From Octopus sinensis (Eukaryota), in NCBI RefSeq assembly GCF_006345805.1, contig NC_043018.1, forward strand, positions 7,254,001 through 7,318,000: a stretch of 64,000 nucleotides of DNA, given 5' to 3'. A program made the position numbers and the translations under genes. Position 1 is the stretch's first letter. The number at the start of each line of letters is the position of its first letter. The notes beneath the pieces were generated by a model. The model saw only the letters and a program-made list of their open reading frames with translations, had not been told where the DNA came from and did no database searches. Positions 1 to 13,174 of the stretch are shown in pieces.

Positions 1-263
1 AAGACTTGACATTGTTTGCAACCTACTGCAGAGGTCATGTACACACCACCCTGTCCACACAGAAATGAGCAGCTAATGGCTTTATGAACCCATCAGATGT
101 GGTAGTGTCACTAATAATTAATGATTGTGTTGGCTGATAATTTAATTAAATTGTAAATTGGGCTTTAATGAGCTGAGTTTAAAAGGAGAAGTGTGAAATT
201 TAGAGAGATGAAATTTTGGTTGGCAAAAGAATTGGTAAATGAAAACTGTGTGGAATCCTTATG

Positions 264-327
264 TGTGTGAGCCTGCACATAATTGTGTGTGTGTGTGTTT
301 GTGTCTGTATGTGTTTGTGTATTTGCA

Positions 328-367
<40 letters not shown>

Positions 368-615
368 AGAGTGCATTCGTGTCTATGTTTGTGAATTTGT
401 GTGTCTGTGTGTGTGTTTGTGTGTGCTTTGTATGCATGTGCGAGTGTGTCTGTGTCATTGTGTGCCCATGTTTGTGTCTATGTATGTATTTGTCAATGTG
501 TGTGTCTGTTGTCCATAGTTGTATGTATTTGTGGTCGCGCGTGTGTGTGTTTGGGTTTGTGTATGTGTGCATGTGTGTATGTGTATATTTGTGCGTATGT
601 GTCTGCATGTGTTTG
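264..615. repeat. Degenerate (TG)n microsatellite
   Basis: Interrupted TG run; the overlapping CV/HT ORFs are repeat translations. Confidence 0.95.
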
Positions 616-845
616 GCAGTAATGAAGCTTCTTTGTATGCTGTATAAACATTATGCAACCACTCCTGACACTGCCACAGGTCATTAGCTTAATATACAAA
701 GACTAATGGAATAAAATAACCTACTTGAAAATAAGATTTGACAGGAAGAAGCGCATCCAACTTTAGAATACGTTTACAATCACCACAAAATGTCAAGACA
801 AGGAGACACAGAAAACACATTCTCACACACACATATATATACACA

Positions 846-1003
846 ATGGGCTTCTTCCAGTTTCCACCACCCAAGTACACTCACAAGATTTTCATTGGCC
901 CAGGGCTATAATAGAAGTAATTTACTCAAAGGCTATGCAGCGAAATTGAACCACAAACCATGAGGTTACGAAACAAACTTCTTACCACACAGCCATACCT
1001 GCG
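846..1003 (-). mobile_element. SINE family A, 5' part
   Basis: Reverse complement of the family A head seen at 19016 and 27545. Confidence 0.8.
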
Positions 1004-1023
1004 ACTATATCATATATATATAT

Positions 1024-1398
1024 AGCTGTGATACCAGTGCCGGTGGTACGTAGGAGAACCATCTGAACGTGGCCGTTGCCAGCACCGCCCCGACTGGCCT
1101 CGTGCCGGTGGCACTTACAAAGCACCATCCGATCGTGGCCGATGCCAGCCTCACCTGGCCCCCATGTCGGTGGCACGTAAAAAGCACCATCTGATCGTGG
1201 CTGTTTGCCAGCCTCATCTGGCACGTAAAAAGCACCCACTACACTCACGGAGTGGTTGGTGTTAGGTAGGGCATCCAGCCGTAGAAACATTGCCAGATCA
1301 GACTGGGCCTGGTGCAGCCTTCTGGCTTCCCAGACCCCAGTTGAACCGTCCAACCCATGCTAGCATGGAAAACAGATGCTAAACGATGATGATGATGA
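1024..1398 (+). mobile_element. SINE-like family D, 3' part with (GAT)n tail
   Basis: Internal GGCACGTAAAAAGCACC repeats and CCAACCCATGCTAGCATGGAAA...GATGATGAT end, repeated across the window (e.g. 48815, 60685). Confidence 0.85.
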
Positions 1399-1751
1399 TA
1401 TGTATATAGAAAATAATTGAGATTCGGTTGAAATTAGGTGCTTTGGTTGAAGCACCAAAATTAGTGTGGTATTATCCGTACAACTCAGAGTAAGGTGAAT
1501 AAAATCAAAATAAGCGACAGGATATCCAGAGGTGATTCAGTATGACCGATTCAAGTGGCTCCATTTAATTGAACATTGCAATCATTACATCAATTTAAAT
1601 GCAAGCCTGTCCTCTGCTGCATAAATAAATGAATAGAATTTTTTAATCAGTCAGGTACATTACTATAATTTTACTTAAATACTCTAATAGAGCAAGAAGA
1701 TAGACAAAGTCCATGCTGCCACTACTATGGCTTAGAATATACTAGACTTAA

Positions 1752-1985
1752 GGCAGTAAGCTGGCAGAAACGTTAGCACGCTGGACAAAATGCTTAGTGA
1801 CATTTCGTCTGCTGTTACGTTCTGAGTTCAAATTCCGCCGAGGTCAACTTTGCCTTTCATCCTTTTTGGGGTCGATAAATTAAGTACCAGTTACACACTG
1901 AGGTCGATGTAATCGACTTAATCCGTTTGTCTGTCCTTGTTTTTCCCCTCTATCTTTGGCCCCTTGTGGGCAATAAAGAAATAAG
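1752..1985 (+). mobile_element. SINE family B
   Basis: Head GCTGGCAGAAACGTTAGCAC, B-box-like GAGTTCAAATTCC and core CTTTGCCTTTCATCC...AAGTACCAG; many copies in the window. Confidence 0.9.
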
Positions 1986-2077
1986 AATATGCTAGACTTC
2001 AAGAAAGGTATGAGAGTCAATAGGGGTCATAGTTTGTAATGGATTTAGGTTCAGTTATTAGTCTTGTTTATCAATTA

Positions 2078-3550
2078 CCAAATCTAAGACTAGAGGACTG
2101 TGTCTGTTTGGAATGGAGGGCAGAAGTGAGTTGGCAGTATATAGTTGGGTATGGTCATAAATATAGTCAAGATTTCAAGGATTAGTATAAAGTAACTCTA
2201 TAAAGGACGTAGGGTAGTAGAAGGCTCCAAGTCAAGATGTTAATTACCAGTTAAAGGGGCAAGATGTTAATGAAACCAATGATGTTAATACAGAAGAAAT
2301 TTTAACATGGGGTACTATAGGTGGTTGATTATAAATGATAATATTATGTTGTATAAAGATTATCGAAAATGATATTATAACTATATAGATAGAATTTGTA
2401 TATATACCAAATTTTCAACAATAGAAAGGGAAGATAACATAGAATTAGTTTAATATTCATTCGTATACTTAATTATTTTACTTATTAGGTGGTTTCTATA
2501 AAGACTGCTCCAGGTATTTACTAATGGAATTCTGGGGCAATGAAACATGCAATCTATATATTAATTTTATAAGCTAAGAATCAGAAAAAAAAATACTGGT
2601 AAAATAAAACATATATAAAGAAACACACATATATATTTATCTATGTGTACACATGCAAATATATAAATATTAATACATTAATATTAACTCTCTTAGACTT
2701 AATTAACTAGAATGTATATATTTCTCTTTAAGAAAAGTAACAACTTACAAAGGGAGAAGTTAATAGGTAAAAATATCAAAATAAGAAAACAAATAATAAG
2801 AAAATTATAGAGAAAAGTAAGAAAATATATATAAAAACTAACATTTTAAAGGGACAGGGTTTTAAAATTTGAAGTAGGGGACAGATAAAGATAACCTCAA
2901 AGAAGAAGCAATAGGTATGGGAGTAGTGAGGGCATTTTGAGGTATTTTGACGAACAGGTATATTATAAGTTGTAAAGTAACCGATGCTATTACATACATG
3001 ATATTAGAATTTCCCAGGGGTATATAATTAGGTGGGGCTACTTACATAAAGGCCATTATAAAATTAACATCTTGATTTGGGGTCTTCCCTACCCAGCTTC
3101 CTTTATAGACAGTTACTTTATACTAATCCTAGACATCTTGTGGAAGCACATGGCCTAGTGGTTAGAGCAGCGGACTCGCAGTCGAGGGATCGCGGGTTCG
3201 AATCTCAGACCGAGCGATGTGTGTGTTTATGAGCGAAAACACCTAAGCTCCACGTGGCTCCGGCAGAAGGTAATGACGAACTTCTGCTGACTCTTTTGCC
3301 ACAACTTTCTCTCACTCTTTTCTCCTGTATCTTGCAGCTCACCTGCGACGGACCGGCGTCCCGTCCAGATGGGGAACCTATACACCAAGAAACCAGGAAA
3401 CCGGCCCTTATGAACCAGGCATGGCTCGAGAAGGAACAAACAAAAACAAACTAGAAATCTTGACAATATTTATGACCATACCCAACTATGTACTGTCAAC
3501 TCATTCCTGCCATCCATTCTGAAAAGACACAGTTTGATCCCCAGACTTGG
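2078..3550. mobile_element. Old foldback-type element with ~170-bp imperfect terminal inverted repeats
   Basis: 2078-2245 is the reverse complement of 3062-3140 plus 3463-3550; the right arm is split by a SINE. Confidence 0.7.
3141..3450 (+). mobile_element. tRNA-derived SINE family C with target-site duplication
   Basis: A-box TGGCCTAGTGG, B-box GGTTCGAATC; TSD CTAGACATCTTG (3129-3140) / CTAGAAATCTTG (3451-3462). Confidence 0.92.
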
Positions 3551-3551
3551 C

Positions 3552-3812
3552 TGTCTGTTGTATTCTTGAGCAAGACACTTTATTTCACATTGCTTCAGTT
3601 CACTAAAGTGTAGAAATGAGTTGCAATGTCACTGGTGCCAAGCTGTAGCAGCCTTTGCCTTTCCCTTGGATAATATTGTTAGCATGGAGAGAGGAGGCTG
3701 GTTATGCATGGGCGATTGCTGGTCTGCCATAAAAACAACCTTCCCTGGACTTGTGCCTCAGAGGGAAACTTTCTAAGTGCAATCCCATGGTCATTCTTGA
3801 TTGAAAGGGGTC
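3552..3812 (+). mobile_element. SINE family E (CORE-like), 3' end split by a LINE
   Basis: Matches 63138-63635; its end GGGGTC|TTTACCC is separated by the LINE and resumes at 4541. Confidence 0.8.
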
Positions 3813-4540
3813 AGCGATTTGCGTTGGACAAAACGCATTACTAAAATTGCCAAGAAGGCTGAGAGTGTCTTGGCATTACTTACCAAGTCCTTTGTGACCC
3901 GCTCTCCAGCTATCTATCTGAAACTTTATATAGCTATGGTACGGCCTCACCTGGAATTTGCATCACCGGTCTGGAACCCCTATCTTGCCCATGATATTAA
4001 TCGTCTGGAAGCCGTTCAGTGACGTGCAACCAAGAGAATACCCTCCATCAGGCATTTGCCATATTCTGAACACCTTACTTCCCTGGGCATGAACACATTG
4101 AAACTCCGACGTCTGGCAGCTGACTTGGCAGACACCCATAAAATTATTAACCATCTTACTAACAATAACTCGGAGCACCTTTTCAAACTCCATCTGTCTA
4201 ACACCCGTGGACATGTTTACAAAGTCAGAAAACAGTACAGCTCCCATGACTTTTGGAAACATTTTTTCACGCTTGAGTTGCTGAAGCATGGAACAAACTG
4301 CCAGCATCAGTTGTTAGTTTTCAGAGCACTGCATCCTTCAAAACTTCCATGCTTCCTGAGATTTACCAACACTACAACTGATTTTCTCCCCTCCATACAC
4401 ACGCAAGCATGTATCTGATTCATGCACTGTTCACTTCCCACACGTTTGTACATTACTGCATATGCATTATACGCACTTTTGAGAAGTTGTGGTGCACCTG
4501 AGCACTGTATACAATAATTTCATTATTATTATTATTATTA
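3813..4540 (+). mobile_element. CR1/L2-group LINE, 5'-truncated, RT C-terminal region with (ATT)n tail
   Basis: LYIAMVRPHLEFASPVWNPY...LEAVQ*RATKRI...LKLRRL.ADL...NTRGH.YK motifs; in-frame stop and frameshift. Confidence 0.92.
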
Positions 4541-4966
4541 TTTACCCTTTTATATGTGTGTGTGTGTGTGTAGCTGTGAGGTTAGGAAACTTCCCAAAGA
4601 CTATTTGGTTTAAGGTACAGTCCCACTGCAAGCTCCTTGGGGCAAATGTCTTCTACAATAGATATTTGGTAAACAGAAACTGAGAGAAGCTTGTCTTATA
4701 TGTGTATGTATATATGTGAGCATGTATGTATGTGTGTGTGTACCGTTGCCTTGACAGAATGCAATGGTTGTAAATATGTATCACTGTCATACAAGCGAGG
4801 TTGATTGTTTTCAATTTTTTGTAGACTGACATGTCTGGCCATGGTGGAAATATTAACCTTGCTTGGAAACAGGTGAGGGTTGGTGACAGGAAGAGCATCT
4901 GACTGTATGAAATCTGCCTCAACAAATTCTTTCCTTCTCATGCAAGCACGAAAAAGTGGATGTTAA

Positions 4967-5139
4967 ATGATGATGATGATAATGATGATGATGATGAAAG
5001 CGACGATGATGACGATGACGATTGTGATGATAGTGATGATAGTGATGATGGTGATGATGATGATGATGATGATGAATGAGGTGAATAATATGGTGGTGTT
5101 TGATAGAAAGAAGTCAGGAATCATTAAAATATTTATATT

Positions 5140-5179
<40 letters not shown>

Positions 5180-5270
5180 CGTGTATGTGTATATATGTAT
5201 GATTGTATGTGTGTTTGTGTGTACGTGTTTATGATTGTGTGTATGTGTATATTCACTTTGGCATGTATAT
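4967..5270. repeat. (GAT)n, (TA)n and (TG)n microsatellites
   Basis: Directly visible. Confidence 0.9.
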
Positions 5271-5524
5271 GAATTTTACTTTTATTTATCATTTTGGTCT
5301 ATAAAATTTTACCATATATATTTTTTTGAAATTAAATATATATAATTTTGTATTTTAACTTCTTTTATTTTCCTCTTTCATATAAAATTTGTTTAATATT
5401 TTTTTCTATTTCCTTCTGTTATTGTTGTTGTGATTTGTTTGGTTTTTGGATTGGTTTTTTTTTTTCAGAAATGTATCTTCAGTTTTTATTGTCCTATCTT
5501 TTACAATTTCCTTCTCTTTCCCAA

Positions 5525-6250
5525 ACACCACCATCCTGGTTACCACTGTTATCACCATCATCACTATCCTCCTCATCATCACCGTTATCCTCATCATCAC
5601 CGTCGTCATCATCATCATCACTGCCACCACCATCAATATCATCATCGCCGTCGTCATCATCATAGCCATCATCATCATCATCATCGACATTATTTTCTTG
5701 GCACTAATTCCTCCACTTCCTTCACTTCGGTCGTCATTTTCATTGTCATCAATAATAAAATATTTTATCATTAACTCATTATCATCATGATGATGATCAT
5801 CATCATTAACCCCATTTTACTGTCTCATTGATATCGTCATAATTATCTTCATCCTCATTTCCAATTACCATCATCATCATCATTGCCTTCTCATTATCTG
5901 CAATTTAATTTTTTCTATCATTTTCTCATCACTTTCATCAGCATCATCTTTTCAATATCATAAGCATCAGCATCACCACCACTACCATCATCATCACCAT
6001 CATTATCATCGTCTTCCTCCTCTTCATCATCATCACCGTCGTCATCATCATCATCATCCTCATTACTATCATCATCATTACTATCATCATCATCACTGTC
6101 ATCATAATCACTGCCACCACCACCATCTCCATCATCATCATCACCACCACTAAAGCCGACACCGCTATCCTCATCATCATTATTCTCAACCACATCATTG
6201 TTGTTGTCGTCGTCGCTAACATCATCATCATCGTCATCATCATCATAATT
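5525..6250. repeat. Degenerate (CAT)/(CAC) triplet arrays
   Basis: Interrupted trinucleotide repeats giving poly-H/D/S/M ORFs. Confidence 0.9.
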
Positions 6251-6377
6251 GCTATTGTCATCTGCACTCAACATTATCATTACAATCCTAACGAGATGAA
6301 ATACAATTCCAGAATTACATAACTTCATCAAGACAATACATATTTGCAAGACATGAAGAGGAAGAACAGTGAAAGGA

Positions 6378-6393
6378 ATATATATATATAATA

Positions 6394-6441
<48 letters not shown>

Positions 6442-6649
6442 TGTATGTATATATATATGTATGTAATATATATGTATGTATATATATATGTATGTATATA
6501 TATATGTATGTATATATATATGTATGTATATATATATATATGTAGATATATATATATGTATATATATATATATGTATATATATATATGGATAGATAGATA
6601 TATATATATATGTATATTATATATATATATTATATATATTAGTATGTAT

Positions 6650-6680
<31 letters not shown>

Positions 6681-6714
6681 GTATATATATATATGTATAT
6701 ATATATATATACAT

Positions 6715-6769
<55 letters not shown>

Positions 6770-6800
6770 CATACATACATACATAATACAATATATATAT

Positions 6801-6850
<50 letters not shown>
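6378..6850. repeat. (TA)n-rich microsatellite
   Basis: Directly visible. Confidence 0.97.
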
Positions 6851-6854
<4 letters not shown>

Positions 6855-7078
6855 ACACATAGAAAACCTGGAATATCAGAGAAAATGGTACTCATAAATG
6901 GCGCTTCATTATGGAACTGAAATTCTCTTGTAAATTGTTCCATCTTTGTTACCAAACAAAATCAATGCCAGGATTGAAAACTAAGTCTCCCCCGTTCTGA
7001 CAAGCGATGTTGCGAAATTGAATTGATCTTGAAGAAATAAAAGAACAGCAAAGAAAAATAAAAAAAAAAACAGAGACT

Positions 7079-7110
<32 letters not shown>

Positions 7111-7269
7111 AAGTGATAAGACTCTTTAAGAAATGGTAAATGGATTTCTTCTGAGATTTTCAAAAAGTACTGGAATCATTCCTCTCTCTTCTTTTCTCTG
7201 CTGCAGTATGTGACATTGTGCTTGGAGATTTTGTTAGCTATTGGTTTCTAAGATTATTGTTGGGTCCGT

Positions 7270-7457
7270 TATGTGCGTTCACATATATATATGCTTGATC
7301 ATGTGTGTGCATGTGTGTGTGACAGTGGCGCTGAATGTTTATCTCTGTATAGATGTGTGTGTATGTTTGTATGTGTGTCTATCTGTGCGTGTTTTTGTTT
7401 GTTTCAATGCATGTCGGTATATGTGTGAGTGTATTTATGTATGTGTGCAACATAGTG

Positions 7458-7488
<31 letters not shown>

Positions 7489-7779
7489 CTGAGTGTGCAT
7501 CTATGTACATGTCTATGTATGTTTACATGTATGTACTGTACGCATATATGCATGTGTTTATATATATCTATAATTGTGCATGCATGTGTGTGTGCATGTC
7601 TAAGCATATAGATATATATATATATATGTATATGCACATACACACACAAATATATATATATATTATAGATATATATATATTACATACATATATATATAGA
7701 TGTATATATATATATATATATATATACATACATATATATATATAGTTATATATATATATATATATAGACATACATATAA

Positions 7780-7827
<48 letters not shown>

Positions 7828-7900
7828 CATATATATATATGTATATGTATATATATTATATATATAAATATATATAATATATATACATATATGTATATAT

Positions 7901-7933
<33 letters not shown>

Positions 7934-7996
7934 TATATTATAATATATATGTATATATTATATATATAAATATATACATATATATATATACATATA

Positions 7997-8036
<40 letters not shown>

Positions 8037-8065
8037 CACACGAACATACACAGAGATATAATATA
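7270..8065. repeat. (TG)/(TA) microsatellite
   Basis: Directly visible. Confidence 0.93.
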
Positions 8066-8384
8066 ATTCCTTTTTATCACGGCAGTACCAATAACCAGTT
8101 CTTCTTAGAATTTAATATACTTTTAACACACAGAATTACTAAGCTCCAGCAGCAAGGTGGCAAAATGGAAATTCTTTGACACCCTCCACCCCAGATTTTT
8201 ATATGAATCACAAGATCAGTGCTGTGATCAGCCATCCATATTGGAATTACTTTTACATTTCTTCGGTTCCGGCTCTATTAAAAAACAACTTGGCACTTAA
8301 TTTTCCAGGTTCAGCCTGTTCCCCCCAATCAAAATTTGATGGGTTGTGAATTTAGAGAAGCAGCCTCAACTTTATATTGGTATA

Positions 8385-8731
8385 AATGTATGTGTATGTG
8401 TGTGTTAATATATGTGTGAATGTCTATATATTGTATGCATATATATGAGTGTGTACATGTGTGTAGATATATATGTTTGTATGTATATATATCTATGTGT
8501 GTGTGTGTGTGTGTATCTATATATATGTATGTGTATGTATATATGTATGTGGATGTATATATATATATGTATGTGTGTATATATATGTATGCATGTGTGT
8601 ATATGTATGTATGTATGTAGATATATATGTATGTGTATATATATATGTGTGTGTGTATGTATATATATATATATATGTATGTGTATGTATATATATATAT
8701 GTATGTGTGTATATATATATATGTGTGTGTG

Positions 8732-8784
<53 letters not shown>

Positions 8785-8835
8785 ATATATATGTATGCAT
8801 GTGTGTATATATATGTATGTATGTAGATATATATG

Positions 8836-8900
<65 letters not shown>

Positions 8901-8990
8901 GTATGTATGTATATATGTGTGTGTATATATATATGTATGTATGTATATATGTGTGTGTATATATATATATATGTATGTAGATATGTATGT
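8385..8990. repeat. (TA)/(TG) microsatellite
   Basis: Directly visible. Confidence 0.95.
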
Positions 8991-8991
8991 A

Positions 8992-9555
8992 TTAGGTTAT
9001 CCCAGAAATAATGCTGTTTTTCTTTTCAATTGCATGAACTAGTCAGAAGGGGATGAGATGAACTACCTGCATCAACTTGCTATAAAAGCAGGTAGTAATT
9101 TTACTTTGTACTTAGTGCAAGTTTTGAAGAGCATAGTTCGATTTTAACACTTATTTTTTCAAAGCTCTAATGGAATTGGCAAAGGAATATTTTCGGCATA
9201 TTTTGCTTTATGAATTCAATAAAGGCAACAATGCAATTGAAAATGTGAGGAATATTAACGCAGTATTTGGGGATTGGGCAATAATTGTAAGCCAGTGTCA
9301 ATGGTGATTCCAGAAATTTCGAGCCAGAAACTACAGCTTAGAAGGCGAGCCTTGACCTGGAAGATCTGTAGAGCTTGACAAGGATGTCCTGCAAACCCTG
9401 GTGGAACAAAATCCCATCATAACTGTTGAAAAACTAGCACAGAAGCTTGGATTTGGTCATTCAACCATTCATTGACACCTGTATGCCATTTGAAAAGTCA
9501 GAAAATTGGGTTCCTCACAAACTTTCCAAGTTTAATCGTGCACAGAGAGTGTGCT
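8992..9555 (+). mobile_element. mariner transposon 5' half (decayed transposase HTH region)
   Basis: TA followed by TIR-like TTAGGTTATCCCAGAAATAATG; from 9170 MELAKEYFRHILLYEFNKGNNA...FQKFRA...GRSVELDKDVLQTLVEQNP with stops. Confidence 0.9.
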
Positions 9556-10036
9556 CTTAGTGGCTGTCATGTCTGGGTTCTGCTTGTGTGGTATGGGGCA
9601 GAGTCCTCTTGCCAAACACAAGGTGTTCCAATAGCCACCCTCTTCACCCAGGGCAGCACTACCTCCGCCAGGTACTTGATGTAGGCCCCCATGTTGAGTC
9701 TGAGGCTGTGTGGGAAGATGAATGGAGGCATAATGTCACCATCACAAGTGTTCACTCCAAACACCACGATGTTACTGAATGTTTGACTTTTATCACTCTT
9801 GGTACCTTACCTCAGATTGACACCCAGACACTCTAAAATGTTCATATTGAAGCTTCCGGCATGAATGTCAAGCAGTACAGCATGTCGTTTCCAAATTTCT
9901 GGTAGAGTGCTAGTTTTCTCACAGACAGTGCCCAACTGACCCTACTATACTGTGTAGTCGAAAAATTCAAAAACAAACAATACATATGCATGAAATTAAA
10001 AAGATAAAATGCAAAAAATTTACCCATCGCACCCTG
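9556..10036 (-). mobile_element. maT-like Tc1/mariner remnant
   Basis: TA-CAGGGTG terminus; DGDIMPPFIFPHSLRLN...VLPWVKRVA...WQEDSAPYHTSR catalytic-region motif. Confidence 0.85.
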
Positions 10037-10599
10037 TATATAGACACACATGCACATACAGGTTCTACAACTAGTATAAGCAAGAAGGTAGTCCCCCCTT
10101 TTTAATGAAAAATCCACTACCAGAGGCAAAACACACACACACAAGACACACCACAGAACTGCACATCACAAGTGTAGATAAAGATAAATATAAACAAATA
10201 TCTGAGATAAACATCAAAAATATAAATTCGATCTGGAATTTTTTTTGTTTTTTTTTACTATTAAGTCATGACCTCTTTCGTTAGATATCTGCCAAATCTG
10301 TCAATAAGATATCTTTAAAATAATGGCCTAACTAATGTGTGTATGCATATACATACCATAAATGTGTGTGTGTGTGTGTAAGCATATACAGATACATGCA
10401 TATATATAGGCGTATGCAAATATACATGTATCGAAACAGAAAGTTAGGAAAATGGTGTGGTATCATTTATTCACCATTATACTTATTTCCTTTGCTAACA
10501 AGAATTACAAAATTGTAGGTGAAGGAGAAACCTGTACGATGTCTAATAGAAATACTTCAGACAGAAGAATCAAATACTATTATTGTTGTTGTTATTATT

Positions 10600-11045
10600 A
10601 TTATTCCATGTTTGACTTTTGCTTTACATTTGCGCAAGCTGGCTCCAAGTCTCACCCAGACACCTCAAGAGACAACAGGTTGGAAGTTTGTGTTGGTATT
10701 ATGCCTAGGGTGCCATATATTTGGTTTTGTAGTTAGTGTTGTTCTAGAGAATGCCTAAAAAACCATATGAAAATTATGTTTGTTTTAAAACTTGAGATTA
10801 CATAGCAAGTATTTTGCGTAGGATATGAGCCATCTTTTGAATTTCTGCCATTTTTGGGTTTCCTGGTATCTAAGTTAGGTAGCAATCAGCCCCTTTTGCT
10901 ATCATTCCCAGGGCACCTATGACAACAGGTACTGTTTTAGTCTTCAGGTTCCACATTTTGCTGATTTCTATTTCCAGATCTTTATATTTACTCAGTTTCT
11001 GGTAGGTCTTGACAGATACGTTTATATCGATTGGGACAGTCAATA
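10600..11045 (-). mobile_element. Dong/R4-like non-LTR retrotransposon 3' end (restriction-like endonuclease)
   Basis: PIDINVSVK..QKLSKYKDLEIEISKMW...VPVVIGALG; flanked by (TTA)n. Confidence 0.85.
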
Positions 11046-11084
11046 TAAACGATAGTATTATTATCATTATTATTATTATTATAT

Positions 11085-11450
11085 TATGTTTTTACATAGC
11101 TTCTAACACTGGAGATATATCCCGGTGTCACCTGTTCCTTACCAGTGAACTAAGGTAACCAAACAGAGTGTTAAATGAGGAATAAAGCAACGGATGCAGG
11201 ATGATAGATATAGCATGCCCAGCTGACAACAAGGTATACGATAAGGAGGAAAGAAAAGTTGATAGATATGACAGGTTAGCTTGGGAGGCCAAACAGTGGT
11301 AGTAGTGCCCATAATTGTCAGAGCCCTGGGAACAGTGAGTAAAAATCTTAAGAAGTACATAGAACAAATAGGGGCTGCAATAAGGGTGGAGCACTTACAG
11401 AAAACAGAACTGCTTGGAACTACTCAAATACTCCAGATGGTGCTTGAAAT
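11085..11450. mobile_element. Dong/R4-like fragment with internal inversion
   Basis: Minus-strand 3' UTR (11085-11160) joined to a plus-strand coding piece (IDIACPADN...VVPIIVRALG...LQKTELLGT); (TTA)n on both sides. Confidence 0.8.
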
Positions 11451-11494
11451 ATTATTATTATTATTATTATTATTATCATTATTATTATTATTAT

Positions 11495-12066
11495 TGCCTT
11501 TGCACAGCTTCTAACGCTGGAGATGTACTACAGTGTCAGCTGTTCACTACCAGTGAACTAAGTTAACACCCCTTATTTTTTGAGCACCTTCCAGAGTATT
11601 CGAGTGGTTCCAAGCAGTGCTGTTTTCTGCAAGGCTCCACCCTTATTGCAGCCCCTATTTGTGTCATGTATTTCTCAAGATTTTTACTCACTGTTGCCTG
11701 GGCTCCGACAATTATTGGTACTACTACCACCTTTTTCATCAACCTCAACTACTTAACCTCCCAAGCTGTCATATCTATCGACTTTTCTTTCTTCCTTATC
11801 GCATATATTTGTTGTCAGTTGGGAATGTTATATCTATGGTCCAGCATAATTTGTTTTCTTTCTGGCTTACTATGTCTGGCTTCCTATTCACTATCTCATG
11901 GTCGCACTGAATCATAAAATACCACAGGATCTTTGCATCATCATTTTCGATGATGCCTTTGGGTTTGTGGTCGTACCAATTTTTTGCTCTGTCAATGGAC
12001 AAGCTTTGCTATATTGTTGTGGCGTCTCTTATATTCCTTCTGGGCTAGTAACAAACATTGGCTGGT
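11495..12066 (-). mobile_element. Dong/R4-like non-LTR retrotransposon 3' end
   Basis: YKRRHN, WYDHKP..IIEND.AKILW, RKPDIV, IDITFP.D and VVPIIVGA motifs; sits in (TAA)n, the known Dong target. Confidence 0.9.
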
Positions 12067-12099
12067 AATATTCCATATGGCTTCACCATTATTATTATT

Positions 12100-12900
12100 A
12101 TTGAGAGAGCAACGAATTCCATCAAAGAGACACTGGGGTATAAATATATGAAGCCCATTATACTAATCATGACCACTCCTCTGATAAGGATACATACATC
12201 ACATCTATATGTATATGATATGGTGATTTCATATCAAGATAAACAACACATGCCCTTGCGGGTGGGGCCCAGTTAGAATTTTCTTCAGGTTGAGTAGTTC
12301 ATTGCAGTCAAAAGGTCCCTGAATAAGAATTGTTTAAGGATGTTGAACGAACTACACATGTTTCCAAAGGTGAATTATCGAAACCCCAAAGAATCCCTCT
12401 CAACACATGGTTATGATGCTCCCTCACTACTTCTGCTCATGATCAGAGATGCACATATCATCAGCCACTAAGGGACATGCTCAATTGGTTAAGGTCAAAC
12501 AACTGACAAGCAAATCTGTGGTATTGAGCAGAATATTTGCTGTAGCCCATCTTTTATACCAAGACAAAACAATGTACATGATAACACTTCCAATCAGTTA
12601 AGATCAGAAGCCATGAGAGCCACTACCTGGTATGGCATTAGGGCATTTATTATTGTTGTTATTTTTATTATTGTTATTATTGAGTGAAAGAGCATTACAT
12701 ATCATCAAAGCGACACTGGGGTACAAATATATGAAAAACAAATATACTATTTCTGCTTGTGATCAGAGATGCACACATCGTCAGCCACCAAGGAACATGC
12801 TCAACTGGTTAAGCTCAAGCAACTGACTAGCAAACCTGTGGTATTGAGCAGAATATTTGCTGTAGCACATATTTTTATATCAAGGTAAAACACATACATG
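12100..12900 (-). mobile_element. Two related non-coding retroelement 3' fragments with (TAA)n tails
   Basis: 12100-12650 and 12680-12900 share CATCAAAG.GACACTGGGGTA and GATCAGAGATGCACA...GTATTGAGCAGAATATTTGCTGTAGC. Confidence 0.6.
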
Positions 12901-12926
12901 GGATTTTATTATTATCATTATTATTA

Positions 12927-13174
12927 TTAATGTGACAGTCCTGTAAGGGAATTACACCACTGCTGTTTAGCCCTAGGAAGCATCGACGCTTCCTGTCGGC
13001 CTTGACACATTTCGTGTGTCCTTATATATTTACGAAGGGGAGACAAATACCCCCAACAGCTAGGCCTGTAAATATATAAGGACACAGGAAATGTGTCAAG
13101 GCTGACAGGAAGCGTTGATGCTTCCTAGGGCTAAACAGCGGTGGTGTAATTCCCTTACAGGACTGTCACATTAA
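12927..13174. repeat. Inverted repeat, 107-bp arms with 34-bp loop
   Basis: 12927-13033 pairs with 13068-13174 with four mismatches; TTAA at both ends. Confidence 0.95.

Noticed and set aside
1040-1240. Spaced direct repeats resembling a CRISPR array
   Set aside because: Internal tandem units of SINE family D in eukaryotic DNA; spacers are related and no cas genes are present.
165-9042. Long CV/YI/HT/poly-D/poly-H ORFs as proteins
   Set aside because: Translations of di- and trinucleotide microsatellites, open in several frames.
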